A model generated the notes under the pieces. That model saw only the letters and a program-made list of their open reading frames with translations, had not been told where the DNA came from and searched no databases. Both the position numbers and the translations under genes were made by a program. From Lactococcus garvieae (GTDB taxonomy: Bacteria; Bacteroidota; Bacteroidia; Bacteroidales; Bacteroidaceae), in assembly GCA_963631415.1 (NCBI GenBank), contig CAVGQS010000001.1, forward strand, positions 1 to 38,891: a stretch of DNA of 38,891 nucleotides, given 5' to 3'. Positions 17,187-26,805 of the stretch are shown here, in pieces; position 1 is the first letter of the stretch; each line of letters opens with the position of its first letter.

Positions 17187-18944
17187 ATGGTTGACATGCG
17201 GAAGATTAGACAACGGCTGGCGGACTGCCTCAGGCGGCCCGTGACGGAGTGTTGGCAGTTTCTGCTGATGGGCGCGGTGGCGTGGCTGGTGCTGTTTCAC
17301 CTCACCCAGTGGACGGGCGACCCCTGGTGGATGTGGCTGCCTGCCCAGATTGCCGACCTCTATGTGGTGGCGCTGCTGGTGTGTCTGCTGCCCAAGGGCT
17401 GCCGCAAGTGGGTGCTGGGCGTAGTGAGCGCCTTGATGTACGTGCTGTTTTTTGCCGAGAGCTTTGTCTACCAGCGCTACTACACCCACTTCACGCCCCA
17501 GGTCCTCTCGATGGTTTGCGAAACGACCTCCGAGGAGTCCAGCGGATTTCTCAAGATTTGTCTGGAGTCTCCCAAGCTGCTGACCGTAGCGGCGTGGTGG
17601 GTAGGCGTGGCGGTGGTCCACGTGGCTCTGGCCGTGGCGGTGCGCCGCCCGATTGAGGGCAAGAGGTTGAGACGGGCCCTGCTGGCAGTGGTGGCGGTGT
17701 GCATGGTGTGGCGCGTGCCCTCGGTCGTGGAGACCGTGCGTTTCCTCACGCTGAGCGAAACGGGGCAGGCCGAGCGCACCGATTTCTCCGCCTTCCACTC
17801 CTCGCCATGGAGGATTGTCTATTCGTTGAAATTTGCACAGCTCGCGCAGGGCGAACTCCAGAACCTGGCCGACAACATGCGGCACATGGAGGTGGAGAAG
17901 AGCGGCGAGGGCGTGCCCTGCATAGTGCTGGTGGTAGGCGAGAGCTACAACAAGCACCACTCCGCCGTCTACGGCTACGGCCTGCCCACCACCCCCTTCC
18001 AAAGCAAGGCGCAGGAGGAGGGGCTGATGGTGGCCATGAAGGACGCCGTGACGCCGTGGAACGTCACCTCGATGGTGTTCAAGCAGCTGATGTCCATCAG
18101 GGCGGGCGGCGAGAACGAGAAGTGGACCAACGGAGTCCTCTTCCCCGCCCTCATGCGCAAGGGCGGCTACCGCGTGTCGTTCCTCAGCAACCAGTTCTAC
18201 AAGTCCAACCGTCAGAACACCGCCAACTTCAACGGCTCGTTCTTCCTCAACAGCCAGCCCTTCGACAGCCTCTGCTTTGACGAGCGCAACGCCAAACACT
18301 ACGTCTACGACATGGGACTCGTGTCGTCGCTGCCCAAGAGTCCCGTGCCGGGCAACCAGTTCGTGATACTCCACCTGCTGGGGCAGCACCAGCCCTACGC
18401 CGACCGTGTGCCCAAGGAGCAAGCCAAGTTTAAGGCCAGCGACATCAAGCGGCGCGACCTCACCGCCGACGAGAGGCAGATTGTGGCAGACTACGACAAC
18501 GCCACGCTCGCCAACGACAGCGTGCTGGCGGCAATCTACAACCGCTTTGCCGACCGGGAGGCCATAATAATATATGTAGCGGACCACGGCGAGGAGGTCT
18601 ACGACGGCAGCATAGGCATGTTTGGCCGCAATCACAGCGCCAGCCCCACGCCCCAGATAATGTGGGCAGAGTTTGAGGTGCCGCTCGAGATATTCTTCAC
18701 GCAAGCGCTCGCCGAGAAGCGGCCGCAGCTGGTGGAAGCCGCCCTGGCCGCGCAAGACAGGCCCTGCTCCATCGACAACCTGCCCCACACGCTGCTGGGC
18801 CTGGCGGGCATCAAGAGCAAGCACTACAACCCGCAGCACGACCTGCTGTCGGCGCTGTTCAAGGCGAGCCGGCGCCCCGTGAAGGGCCTGACCGTCACCT
18901 ACGACGAGATAATGAAACGCAAGAAACAATCGCCTACACCCTGA
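17187..18944 (+). CDS. phosphoethanolamine-transferase-like (sulfatase-fold) membrane enzyme
   Basis: N-terminal TM bundle plus a sulfatase-fold domain with VLVVGESYNKHHSAVYGYGLPTTPF and HLLGQHQPYADRVP motifs (EptA/LptA-like). The ORF-track start 17154 is a GTG. The first ATG is 17187. Confidence 0.7.
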   Translation: MVDMRKIRQRLADCLRRPVTECWQFLLMGAVAWLVLFHLTQWTGDPWWMWLPAQIADLYVVALLVCLLPKGCRKWVLGVVSALMYVLFFAESFVYQRYYTHFTPQVLSMVCETTSEESSGFLKICLESPKLLTVAAWWVGVAVVHVALAVAVRRPIEGKRLRRALLAVVAVCMVWRVPSVVETVRFLTLSETGQAERTDFSAFHSSPWRIVYSLKFAQLAQGELQNLADNMRHMEVEKSGEGVPCIVLVVGESYNKHHSAVYGYGLPTTPFQSKAQEEGLMVAMKDAVTPWNVTSMVFKQLMSIRAGGENEKWTNGVLFPALMRKGGYRVSFLSNQFYKSNRQNTANFNGSFFLNSQPFDSLCFDERNAKHYVYDMGLVSSLPKSPVPGNQFVILHLLGQHQPYADRVPKEQAKFKASDIKRRDLTADERQIVADYDNATLANDSVLAAIYNRFADREAIIIYVADHGEEVYDGSIGMFGRNHSASPTPQIMWAEFEVPLEIFFTQALAEKRPQLVEAALAAQDRPCSIDNLPHTLLGLAGIKSKHYNPQHDLLSALFKASRRPVKGLTVTYDEIMKRKKQSPTP

Positions 18945-18953
18945 CACACCGCC

Positions 18954-20060
18954 ATGTCCAGACAAACCGTAACAATGCTCAAGGGCTTGGGCATACTGCT
19001 CATAGTGGCGCACAACTACATGCACTGGCTGCCGGCGTGTGTGGACGAAAACGAGTATACATTTGACGTAGGGCGCATCAACCTGCTGGCGGACTACCTG
19101 GCGCAGGGCGGTCCCCACGTGGTGCTCAACCTGCTGAGCCACTTCGGGCACTACGGCGTGGCCATCTTCCTCTTCCTCAGCGGCTACGGGCTGACGAAGA
19201 AATATGAGCCGGCCTTGGGACTGCAGCCGGCGGCGGCGCCCTCCGCAAGACTCGTGCCGTTCATCCTGAAGCACGCCCTCAAGTTGTGGAAACTGATGGT
19301 GCCCGCGCTCATCCTCTTTGTGGCAGCCGAACTGTATCTGGGCACATGGAACAGGCCCTGGCCGCGGCTGCTCCCCCTGCTGGGCTTCTACAGCAATCTG
19401 CAGCCCGAGCGCGACCTGATACTGGGCCCCTGGTGGTGGTTCGGGCTGATGATGCAGCTATATATAATATGGAGGCTGATAGTCTACCGCAGCGGCAAGC
19501 TGGTGCTCTACGGCGTGATGGGGCTGTGCCTCGCCACTCAGATAGGCGCCGCCTGGATTGAGCATGCCGACCTGGCGACAGACACCACGCTGACCAACTA
19601 CCTGCACTACAACTTCCCGTGCTCTATGCTCGCCTTCGGGCTGGGAGTGGCCCACGCGCGCTACGGCCTCTACTGGCTCCGTCAGTGGTGGTCGCCCTTG
19701 GTGGGACTGTCGCTGCTCATCGTCGGGGCGTTCAACGCCGGCATTTGGTGCATCAGCCCCGTGGGCATGCTGATGATAGCCGTGACCTTCGGCCATAACG
19801 CCGACGCCCGCCTCCGCTCGCAGAGGCGGTGGTGCATCACGCCGCTGCGCATCTTGGTGTTCTTCGGCGAGATATCGGCATGGCTCTTTGCGCTCCACCC
19901 CGTGGTCAGAGCCTATGCCATCAAGATGGCCAAAAGCGGCGGCGACCTCCAGGTCTACCTGTCGGTGCTCATCTATTTCACCGCCTGCACACTGCTGGCG
20001 TGGCTCTTCAGCCTAGCCACAAAAAAACGGCGTGCCGACACAATAAAAAATAACGCCTAG
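18954..20060 (+). CDS. acyltransferase family 3 membrane protein
   Basis: Polytopic membrane protein starting ...MLKGLGILLIVAHNYMHW (acyltransferase_3-like). It begins 9 nt after the upstream gene stop. Confidence 0.65.
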   Translation: MSRQTVTMLKGLGILLIVAHNYMHWLPACVDENEYTFDVGRINLLADYLAQGGPHVVLNLLSHFGHYGVAIFLFLSGYGLTKKYEPALGLQPAAAPSARLVPFILKHALKLWKLMVPALILFVAAELYLGTWNRPWPRLLPLLGFYSNLQPERDLILGPWWWFGLMMQLYIIWRLIVYRSGKLVLYGVMGLCLATQIGAAWIEHADLATDTTLTNYLHYNFPCSMLAFGLGVAHARYGLYWLRQWWSPLVGLSLLIVGAFNAGIWCISPVGMLMIAVTFGHNADARLRSQRRWCITPLRILVFFGEISAWLFALHPVVRAYAIKMAKSGGDLQVYLSVLIYFTACTLLAWLFSLATKKRRADTIKNNA

Positions 20061-20082
20061 AGTTATCAGTTATAGAATTTTT

Positions 20083-21039
20083 ATGAAAATCACGAGACTA
20101 CATACAGCCCGGCTGGCTGCCGCCGCACTGCTGGCGCTGCTCTTTGCCCACAGCGGCAAGGCGCAGTACGACCCCTCCTTCACCCACTTCTGGATGATAG
20201 AGTCGCAGTTCAATCCGTCGGTGGTGGGCAACACCACCGAGCTGAGGGCCACCGGAGTCTACAACGCCCAACTCACGGGCTACGAAAACGCGCCCAACAC
20301 CATGGTGGCGGCGGTAGACATGCCCCTCTTCTTCGTGGGGCCGCAGCACGGCGTGGGCGCCTACTTCATGAACGACGAGGCGGGCGCATTCTCCATGAAA
20401 AACGTGGCGCTGCAGTATGCCCACCACCGCAAGCTCTTTGGCGGCACGCTCAGCATTGGCCTGCAGATAGACCTCCTCAACGAGACCTTCGACGGCTCCA
20501 AGATTGACACCGAAGACGGCAACGACCCCGTCTTCTCCTCCTCCAGCGTCAACGGCTCCAAGATAGACGGCTCGGCAGGCCTGACCTACCGCTGGAAAGA
20601 CCTCAAGGTGGGACTCTCCGTCAAGCACCTGACAGCGCCGACCATACTGCTGGGCGAGAAAAACGAAATAAGCATCAAGCGGTCGTACTATTTTACCGCA
20701 GGATACAATATTAAGCTGAGAAATCCGTTATTCAGCATACACCCCGATGTCTTCTGGACATACGACGGTGTCGACCACAAAGGCTACATCCACGCCCGCC
20801 TGCAGTACGACAATGACGGGAAGATGCTGTTTGGGGGACTGAGCTACAGTCCTTCCACTTCGGTGGCTCTGGTCGTGGGCGGCAAGTTCCACGGCGTGGT
20901 GCTCAGCTACTCCTACGAGGCCTTCACCTCGGGAGTGGGCCTCGGCAACGGAAACCACGAGATAGTGCTCTCCTACCAGGCTCCGCTCAACATCTACAAG
21001 AAGGGGCGCAACCGCCACAAAAGCGTGCGCCTGCTCTAG
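20083..21039 (+). CDS. porP: type IX secretion system membrane protein PorP/SprF
   Basis: Signal peptide followed by QYDPSFTHFWMIESQFNPSVVG, the PorP/SprF N-terminal signature. Beta-barrel-like composition. First gene of the porPKLMN order. Confidence 0.8.
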   Translation: MKITRLHTARLAAAALLALLFAHSGKAQYDPSFTHFWMIESQFNPSVVGNTTELRATGVYNAQLTGYENAPNTMVAAVDMPLFFVGPQHGVGAYFMNDEAGAFSMKNVALQYAHHRKLFGGTLSIGLQIDLLNETFDGSKIDTEDGNDPVFSSSSVNGSKIDGSAGLTYRWKDLKVGLSVKHLTAPTILLGEKNEISIKRSYYFTAGYNIKLRNPLFSIHPDVFWTYDGVDHKGYIHARLQYDNDGKMLFGGLSYSPSTSVALVVGGKFHGVVLSYSYEAFTSGVGLGNGNHEIVLSYQAPLNIYKKGRNRHKSVRLL

Positions 21040-21130
21040 CCCGGCAGCCCAGAGCCGCGGGGCTTTCGGCATCGCCGGCAAACAAAGACATTCATAACAA
21101 AGAAAAACAAAAAAACATATCTACCATAAT

Positions 21131-22642
21131 ATGAAAAAGCTCAGCAATTTGGCAGTCGCATCCATGGGCGCTATGCTCGTGTGCTCGTGTTTTGGCGGCG
21201 GCGGCCTGCAACAAGGCGGCGAGGTAACAGGCGTGTCAGGCAGGTCATTCGTTGAACCCACTCCATACGGAATGATAAAAGTGGAAAAAGGATTCCTCAA
21301 AGTCGGACTTACCGAAAACGACACCCTCTGGGGAGCCGACGTGCCAAGCAAGGAAATTTCTGTCGACGGATTCTGGATGGACCAAAAGGAAATAACCAAC
21401 TCTCAGTACCGCCAGTTTGTGGCCTGGGTGCGCGACTCCATACTGCGCGAGCGCCTGGCAGACCCCAACTACGGCGGCATAGAGGCATACAAGATTACGG
21501 AAGACGAAGAGGGCAACCCGCTCGAGAAACCCTACCTCGACTGGACGAGGCGCCTGCCCTACAAAAACCCCACCGAGAGCGAAGAGCTCGCGCTCAACTC
21601 CATCTACACCACCAATCCCGCCACTGGCGAGAAGATGCTCGACGCCTCGCAGATGAACTACCGCTATGAAATCTACGACTACCAGAAGGCGGCGATGAGG
21701 AAATATCGCCTCAACCCCGCTGAGCGCAACCTCGACACCGACGTCAAGACCGACCCCTCCGACGTGGTCATGATTTCTAAAGACACAGCCTACATCAACG
21801 ACGACGGACAAATCGTAAGGGAGACCATCACCCGCCCCCTCTCCTCCTACTACGACTTCCTCAACACCTATATCGTCAACATCTATCCCGACACCACCTG
21901 CTGGGTCAACGACTTCGCCAACGCCAACAACGAGAAGTACGCCAAGCTCTACTTCTCGTCGAGCGACTACAACGACTATCCCGTGGTGGGAGTGACCTGG
22001 GAGCAGGCCACGGCCTTCTGCGCCTGGCGCACCGAATATCTCCTCAAAGGACTGGGCAAGGAAGCGCGCCAGATGCAGCGCTACCGCCTGCCGACCGAGA
22101 TAGAGTGGGAGTTTGCGGCGCGCGGCAAGGACGGCAACACCTTCCCCTGGACCGACTCCACAATGGTCAACAGCAAGGGCTGCTACTACGCCAACTTCAA
22201 GCCCGACCGCGGCAACTATACACAAGACGGCAACCTCATCACCTCACGCTGCGGCATCTACGGAGCCAACTCCAACGGACTCTACGACATGGCGGGCAAC
22301 GTGGCTGAGTGGACCTCCACCGTCTACACACAGTCGGGCGTGCAAATGATGAGCGACCTCAACCCCGAGCTCACCTACAAGGCGGCCATCGAAGACCCCT
22401 ACTTCCTCAAGCAGAAAGTGGTGAGGGGAGGCTCGTGGAAAGACCCCGAGTCGATGATACGCTCAGCGTGGCGACAGAAGGAGTACCAGAACCAGCCCCG
22501 CTCGTTCATAGGCTTCAGGTGCGTGCGCTCGCTGGCGTCTACCAGCAATTCGCGCTCTACCAAGATGGGCAGCAGCAAGAGCAGCAGCGCAGGCGGCGGC
22601 AACTCGTCCACCAAGCTCTCCGTGCGCAAGACACGACGCTAA
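21131..22642 (+). CDS. porK: T9SS lipoprotein PorK/GldK
   Basis: Lipoprotein signal (GAMLVCSC). SUMF1/FGE-type domain blocks (YPVVGVTWEQATAFCAWR, GLYDMAGNVAEWT, RGGSW). Position fits the operon order. Confidence 0.9.
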   Translation: MKKLSNLAVASMGAMLVCSCFGGGGLQQGGEVTGVSGRSFVEPTPYGMIKVEKGFLKVGLTENDTLWGADVPSKEISVDGFWMDQKEITNSQYRQFVAWVRDSILRERLADPNYGGIEAYKITEDEEGNPLEKPYLDWTRRLPYKNPTESEELALNSIYTTNPATGEKMLDASQMNYRYEIYDYQKAAMRKYRLNPAERNLDTDVKTDPSDVVMISKDTAYINDDGQIVRETITRPLSSYYDFLNTYIVNIYPDTTCWVNDFANANNEKYAKLYFSSSDYNDYPVVGVTWEQATAFCAWRTEYLLKGLGKEARQMQRYRLPTEIEWEFAARGKDGNTFPWTDSTMVNSKGCYYANFKPDRGNYTQDGNLITSRCGIYGANSNGLYDMAGNVAEWTSTVYTQSGVQMMSDLNPELTYKAAIEDPYFLKQKVVRGGSWKDPESMIRSAWRQKEYQNQPRSFIGFRCVRSLASTSNSRSTKMGSSKSSSAGGGNSSTKLSVRKTRR

Positions 22643-22688
22643 TCCCTACACAGACATCCCTTTCTAAACACGACAAAAACACACAATC

Positions 22689-23639
22689 ATGAATATAGTA
22701 GCAATGCTGCAACGCTGGATGGACAGCAAAATTGGACAAACATTCCTCAACTACGCATACAGCTGGGGCGCCTCGGTCGTAATCTTGGGCACCCTGTTCA
22801 AACTGACCCACTTGCCGGGAGCCAACCTCATGCTCTTCATCGGTATGGGCACCGAGGTCGTAGTGTTCTTCCTGTCGGCGTTCGACCGCCCCTTTGAGAA
22901 AGGCAGCGACGACGAGACGGAGACCAGCGCCCAGCCTGCCGCACCAGCCGCAACCGGCTTCACGGCTGCAACTGGCGGCTTTGCAATGACCGGCGGCAGC
23001 GAACCGGCAGCTGAAGGCTTCACTCCCGAATCCGCGCCCCAGACTGGCGGCAACGCAGGCGGCGGCGCAGCGGGCGGCGGCACATTTGTGGGCGGCGGCA
23101 CCATCGTGATAGGCGGCGGCAACGGCAGCGCAGCACCTGCTGCAACGACCGACGACAGCACGCCCGACTACGGCACCACGCCCGACGAGCCCTCTGCCAC
23201 AACCGACTCGCTCCAGGCGGCAGCAAACGCACAGGGACTCACCGGCGGCAGCCTGCTCGAAATCATACGCCTTGCCAACGAAGAACTCCTGCAGCGCGCA
23301 CAGGCTTCGCTCACTCCCGAGATGGAGGAAGCCTCCAAGCAGTATGTTGAGAAACTGCAGCTGCTCACCGAGACTCTCGACCGCGTAGAGAAGCAGTCCG
23401 CACGCCTCACCACCGACAGCGAGGAGATGACCAACCTCAACCGCACGCTCACCGGCATCAACACCGTCTACGAGCTCCAGCTCAAGAGCGTAAGCCAGCA
23501 GATTGGCACCATCGACAACATCAACGAGCAGACACGCCGCATGGCAGCACAGATAGAGGAACTCAACGGCGTCTACTCGCGCATGGTCAAGGCACTCACC
23601 GTCAACATGAAAAACGCAGCCGCCACCTCCGTCGACTGA
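22689..23639 (+). CDS. porL: T9SS motor component PorL/GldL
   Basis: Conserved two-TM N-terminus (YSWGASVVILGTLFKLTHLPGANLMLFIGMGTEVVVFFLSAFD), a Gly/Ala/Thr-rich linker and a C-terminal helical region. Confidence 0.85.
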   Translation: MNIVAMLQRWMDSKIGQTFLNYAYSWGASVVILGTLFKLTHLPGANLMLFIGMGTEVVVFFLSAFDRPFEKGSDDETETSAQPAAPAATGFTAATGGFAMTGGSEPAAEGFTPESAPQTGGNAGGGAAGGGTFVGGGTIVIGGGNGSAAPAATTDDSTPDYGTTPDEPSATTDSLQAAANAQGLTGGSLLEIIRLANEELLQRAQASLTPEMEEASKQYVEKLQLLTETLDRVEKQSARLTTDSEEMTNLNRTLTGINTVYELQLKSVSQQIGTIDNINEQTRRMAAQIEELNGVYSRMVKALTVNMKNAAATSVD

Positions 23640-23672
23640 CACCCCCCCTACACAACACACACCCTACCCTGA

Positions 23673-25247
23673 ATGGCACTAAAGAAGAAACAGATATCAC
23701 CGCGCCAGAAGATGATCAACCTCATGTATGTGGTGTTGATGGCTATGCTGGCGCTCAACGTGTCCAACGACGTCCTCAAGGGACTGCAGCTGGTCAGCGA
23801 CAGCCTCCTGCGCTCGGCCGACAACTCGCAGACCGAGATAAAGGACATCTACAAGAGCTTTGAGGAGCAGATGGCCAAAAACCCCTCCAAGGTGAAGCCC
23901 TGGTACGACAAGGCGCAGGAAATACGCCAAAAGACCAACCAACTCTTCAACTTCGCCCAGCAGCTCAAGCTCGCCATAGCGCGCGAGGCCGACGGCTCCG
24001 ACGCCAACCCCGACAACCTCGTCCACAAAGAGGACCTCGAGGCGGCGCAGCAGATAATGCTCGCACCAGCCGGAGGCAAAGGCCGCAAACTCTACGACAT
24101 GATAAACAGCTACCGCGACTTCATCCTCAAGATGACGCCCGACAAGCGGCAGATGGCCATCATCTCGTCCAACCTCTCCACCGACGTGCCCAAGACAGCC
24201 GGCAACCTCGGCAAAAACTGGCAGCAATATATGTTTGAGGCCATGCCCGCCATCGCCGCCACCACCATGCTGACCAAGCTCCAGACCGACGTGCGGCAGG
24301 CAGAGAAGGAGGTGCTCCACGAGCTCCTCGCCAACATCGACATCAAGGACATCCGCGTCAACGAACTCTCCGCCTACTGCCTGCCTGAGGCGACCACCCT
24401 CTTCCCCGGCGACGAGTTCCGCAGCCGCATCTTCATGGCTGCCATCGACACCACGCAGCGCCCCGAAATCTACATCAACGGCAACAAGATCAACCCCAAC
24501 GGCACCTACAACTTCCGCGTGGGCGGTCCCGGCGAATACACCTTCAAGGGCTACATCACCATGCCCAACGCCGCCGGCGAAATCATCAGGCGCGAATTCA
24601 TACAGAAGTACAATGTCATAGCCCCGCCCTCCGGCGCCACCGTGGCAGCCGACATGATGAACGTGCTCTACGCCGGCTACAGCAACCCCGTCTCCGTCTC
24701 TGCCAGCGGCATCTCGCCCGACAAGATAACGCTGACCATGGAGGGCGGCACCCTGACGCGCAACGACAACAACGGGCACTACACAGCCCGCCCCTCAGCC
24801 GTCGGACAAAACGTCACCTTCAACGTCACTGGCGTGGTCAACGGCACAGTGCAGAAGATGGGATCCTTCTCCTTCAAGGTGCGCAAACTGCCCGACCCGA
24901 CCGCATTCATACCATATAAGGACGACAAGGGCAACGAAAACCACTTCATGGGCGGACGCACCTTCCCCAAGGCCACGCTCCTCAACACGCAGGGCATCGG
25001 AGCCGCCATCGACGACGGACTCCTCGACATACCCTTCCAGGTGCTCAGCTTCGAGACCACCTTCTTCGACAACATGGGCAACGCCATACCCGAAAAGTCT
25101 GACGGCAGCAAGTTCTCCGAAAGGCAGCGCAACATGTTCCGCCGCCTCTCGCCAGGCAAGCGCTTCTACATCAACCGCGTCAAGGCCATCGGCCCCGACG
25201 GCATACAGCGCAGCCTGCCGCAAGCACTCGAAGTCATCGTAAGATAA
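23673..25247 (+). CDS. porM: T9SS motor/periplasmic shaft PorM/GldM
   Basis: Canonical GldM start (PRQKMINLMYVVLMAMLALNVS) followed by a long periplasmic region. Confidence 0.9.
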   Translation: MALKKKQISPRQKMINLMYVVLMAMLALNVSNDVLKGLQLVSDSLLRSADNSQTEIKDIYKSFEEQMAKNPSKVKPWYDKAQEIRQKTNQLFNFAQQLKLAIAREADGSDANPDNLVHKEDLEAAQQIMLAPAGGKGRKLYDMINSYRDFILKMTPDKRQMAIISSNLSTDVPKTAGNLGKNWQQYMFEAMPAIAATTMLTKLQTDVRQAEKEVLHELLANIDIKDIRVNELSAYCLPEATTLFPGDEFRSRIFMAAIDTTQRPEIYINGNKINPNGTYNFRVGGPGEYTFKGYITMPNAAGEIIRREFIQKYNVIAPPSGATVAADMMNVLYAGYSNPVSVSASGISPDKITLTMEGGTLTRNDNNGHYTARPSAVGQNVTFNVTGVVNGTVQKMGSFSFKVRKLPDPTAFIPYKDDKGNENHFMGGRTFPKATLLNTQGIGAAIDDGLLDIPFQVLSFETTFFDNMGNAIPEKSDGSKFSERQRNMFRRLSPGKRFYINRVKAIGPDGIQRSLPQALEVIVR

Positions 25248-25291
25248 AGGCCATACCAACCAGCTAACAAACTAACAACAACACACACAAT

Positions 25292-26365
25292 ATGAAACGC
25301 ACATTCATCCTGCTTTCAATAACACTCATGACCATAGCCACCGTGGCACAACCGCCGGCACGCCTGCGCCAGCAGGCCACCAAGGCCGACAACACCAAGA
25401 GCACCGCCTCGGCCGTCAAGACCAGCGAGCGAGCCGCCCTCGAGTTTCCCACTCAAGGCGAAATGCCCAAGGACGCTGCCTGGCGCCGCGACGTCTACAA
25501 AGTGCTCGACCTCACCAACGACCACAACGCCGTGCTCTACTACCCCGAAGAGCCGCAGGGCGACAAGATGAACCTCTTCACCTACATCTTCAAGCTCGTC
25601 ATGCGCAAGCAGGTCAAGGCCTACGAATACACCATGGACGGCAACGAGAACTTCAGCGACAAAAACGCCATGAAGCCCATCGACATTCTCACGCGCTTCG
25701 AAATCCCCCACCAGACCAACGGCGACAAAATCCGTGTGGAAGACGCCGACATACCCTCCGCGCAGGTCAAGAGCTACTACATCAAGGAGTCAACCTACTA
25801 CGACCAGAACACCGCGCAGTTCCACACGCAGGTCACCGCCATCTGCCCCGTGCGCAAGACCATCGGAGAGTTCCTCGAGGAGGAAGCCCCCACGCCCCTC
25901 TTCTGGATCAACTACGCCGACATCAGCCCCTACCTCGCCAAGATAGCGCTCATGAACTCCAACTACAACAACGCAGCGCAAATCTCAGCCAACGACTACT
26001 TCACGCTCAACCAGTATGAAGGCAAAATCTACAAGACCGTCAACCTCCAGGGCAAAGTGCTCGCCAACTACTGCGAGTCAGACTCAGCCCTCAAGAAAGA
26101 GCAAAACCGCATAGAGAAGGAGATAACCACACTCCAAGACCGAGTGTGGGGCAAAGACTCCGTCAAGATAAAGGCAGCGCAGCTCAAGGCGCAGCAGCTC
26201 AAGGCAGCACAAGACTCCATCGACGCCACCAAGCCCGTGCGCTCCACGCGCAGCACCAAGAAGGTCAGCAAGGCCGAAGAGCAGTCCACCTCCAGCCGCT
26301 CGCAGCTCAAGCGCGAAAAGTCAAACGCCACCCCGCGCTTCTCGGCACGCCGACAGCGCCACTAA
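25292..26365 (+). CDS. porN: T9SS ring component PorN/GldN
   Basis: Signal peptide and GldN-like blocks (WRRDVYKVLDL, LYYP). It is the last gene of the operon and is followed by a strong terminator. Confidence 0.85.
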   Translation: MKRTFILLSITLMTIATVAQPPARLRQQATKADNTKSTASAVKTSERAALEFPTQGEMPKDAAWRRDVYKVLDLTNDHNAVLYYPEEPQGDKMNLFTYIFKLVMRKQVKAYEYTMDGNENFSDKNAMKPIDILTRFEIPHQTNGDKIRVEDADIPSAQVKSYYIKESTYYDQNTAQFHTQVTAICPVRKTIGEFLEEEAPTPLFWINYADISPYLAKIALMNSNYNNAAQISANDYFTLNQYEGKIYKTVNLQGKVLANYCESDSALKKEQNRIEKEITTLQDRVWGKDSVKIKAAQLKAQQLKAAQDSIDATKPVRSTRSTKKVSKAEEQSTSSRSQLKREKSNATPRFSARRQRH

Positions 26366-26427
26366 GGCAACGACACAACTAAGACAAGCACGCAACCGCT
26401 AAGACAATAGCACAATTGCCTAACCAC

Positions 26428-26476
26428 AATCCGGCATTTGCGGCCACAAACCTCCGCAGATGCCGGATTTTTTTGT
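26428..26476 (+). terminator. rho-independent terminator of the porPKLMN operon
   Basis: 16-bp stem AATCCGGCATTTGCGG / CCGCAGATGCCGGATT (one G-U pair) followed by T7. Confidence 0.85.
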
Positions 26477-26536
26477 TCCTTTCTTGCCGCTATCGGCAAG
26501 AAAACGGCTACAATCCCAATCTGCTCTCCACAGGTT

Positions 26537-26552
26537 TGCTGTCCGCTAAAAC
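26537..26552 (+). repeat. TGCTGTCCGCTAAAAC motif copy
   Basis: Exact 16-mer, also present at 33430-33445 and 38806-38821. Intergenic, about 60 nt after the porN terminator. Confidence 0.8.
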
Positions 26553-26805
26553 CTCAACCGCCTGCAAAGCGAGCACCCCGAGCCTTGCAAGGAGAGCCTC
26601 GGCTTCCATATATACAATCTCGGTTCCCTATATATATAATAAGGTAGGGAGCCTTCCCCAAAAAGACTGCCCCGCATTTTGCGTTTTACGCTGTGCATTT
26701 ACAGCGCCGCGAGGGAACCCTCCCTTTCAGAGAAGGGCCAGATTGGGCACTTTTGTATGCCCCTTCATTTTCAGCACGTTACGTTTGGCGCGCACTTAAG
26801 AATTT

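Noticed and set aside
16995-19274. 759-aa minus-strand ORF, the longest unexplained frame in the track
   Set aside because: It runs antisense across two well-supported plus-strand genes (the PEtN-transferase-like gene and acyltransferase-3) and across their boundary. Its translation is Arg/Gly/His/Val/Ala-rich with no recognisable motif. This is the typical stop-free shadow frame of GC3-rich coding DNA.
26416-26799. 127-aa ORF in the porN-palindrome intergenic region
   Set aside because: It begins inside the porN terminator stem with a non-ATG start. Its composition is unlike the neighbouring genes and it has no motif.
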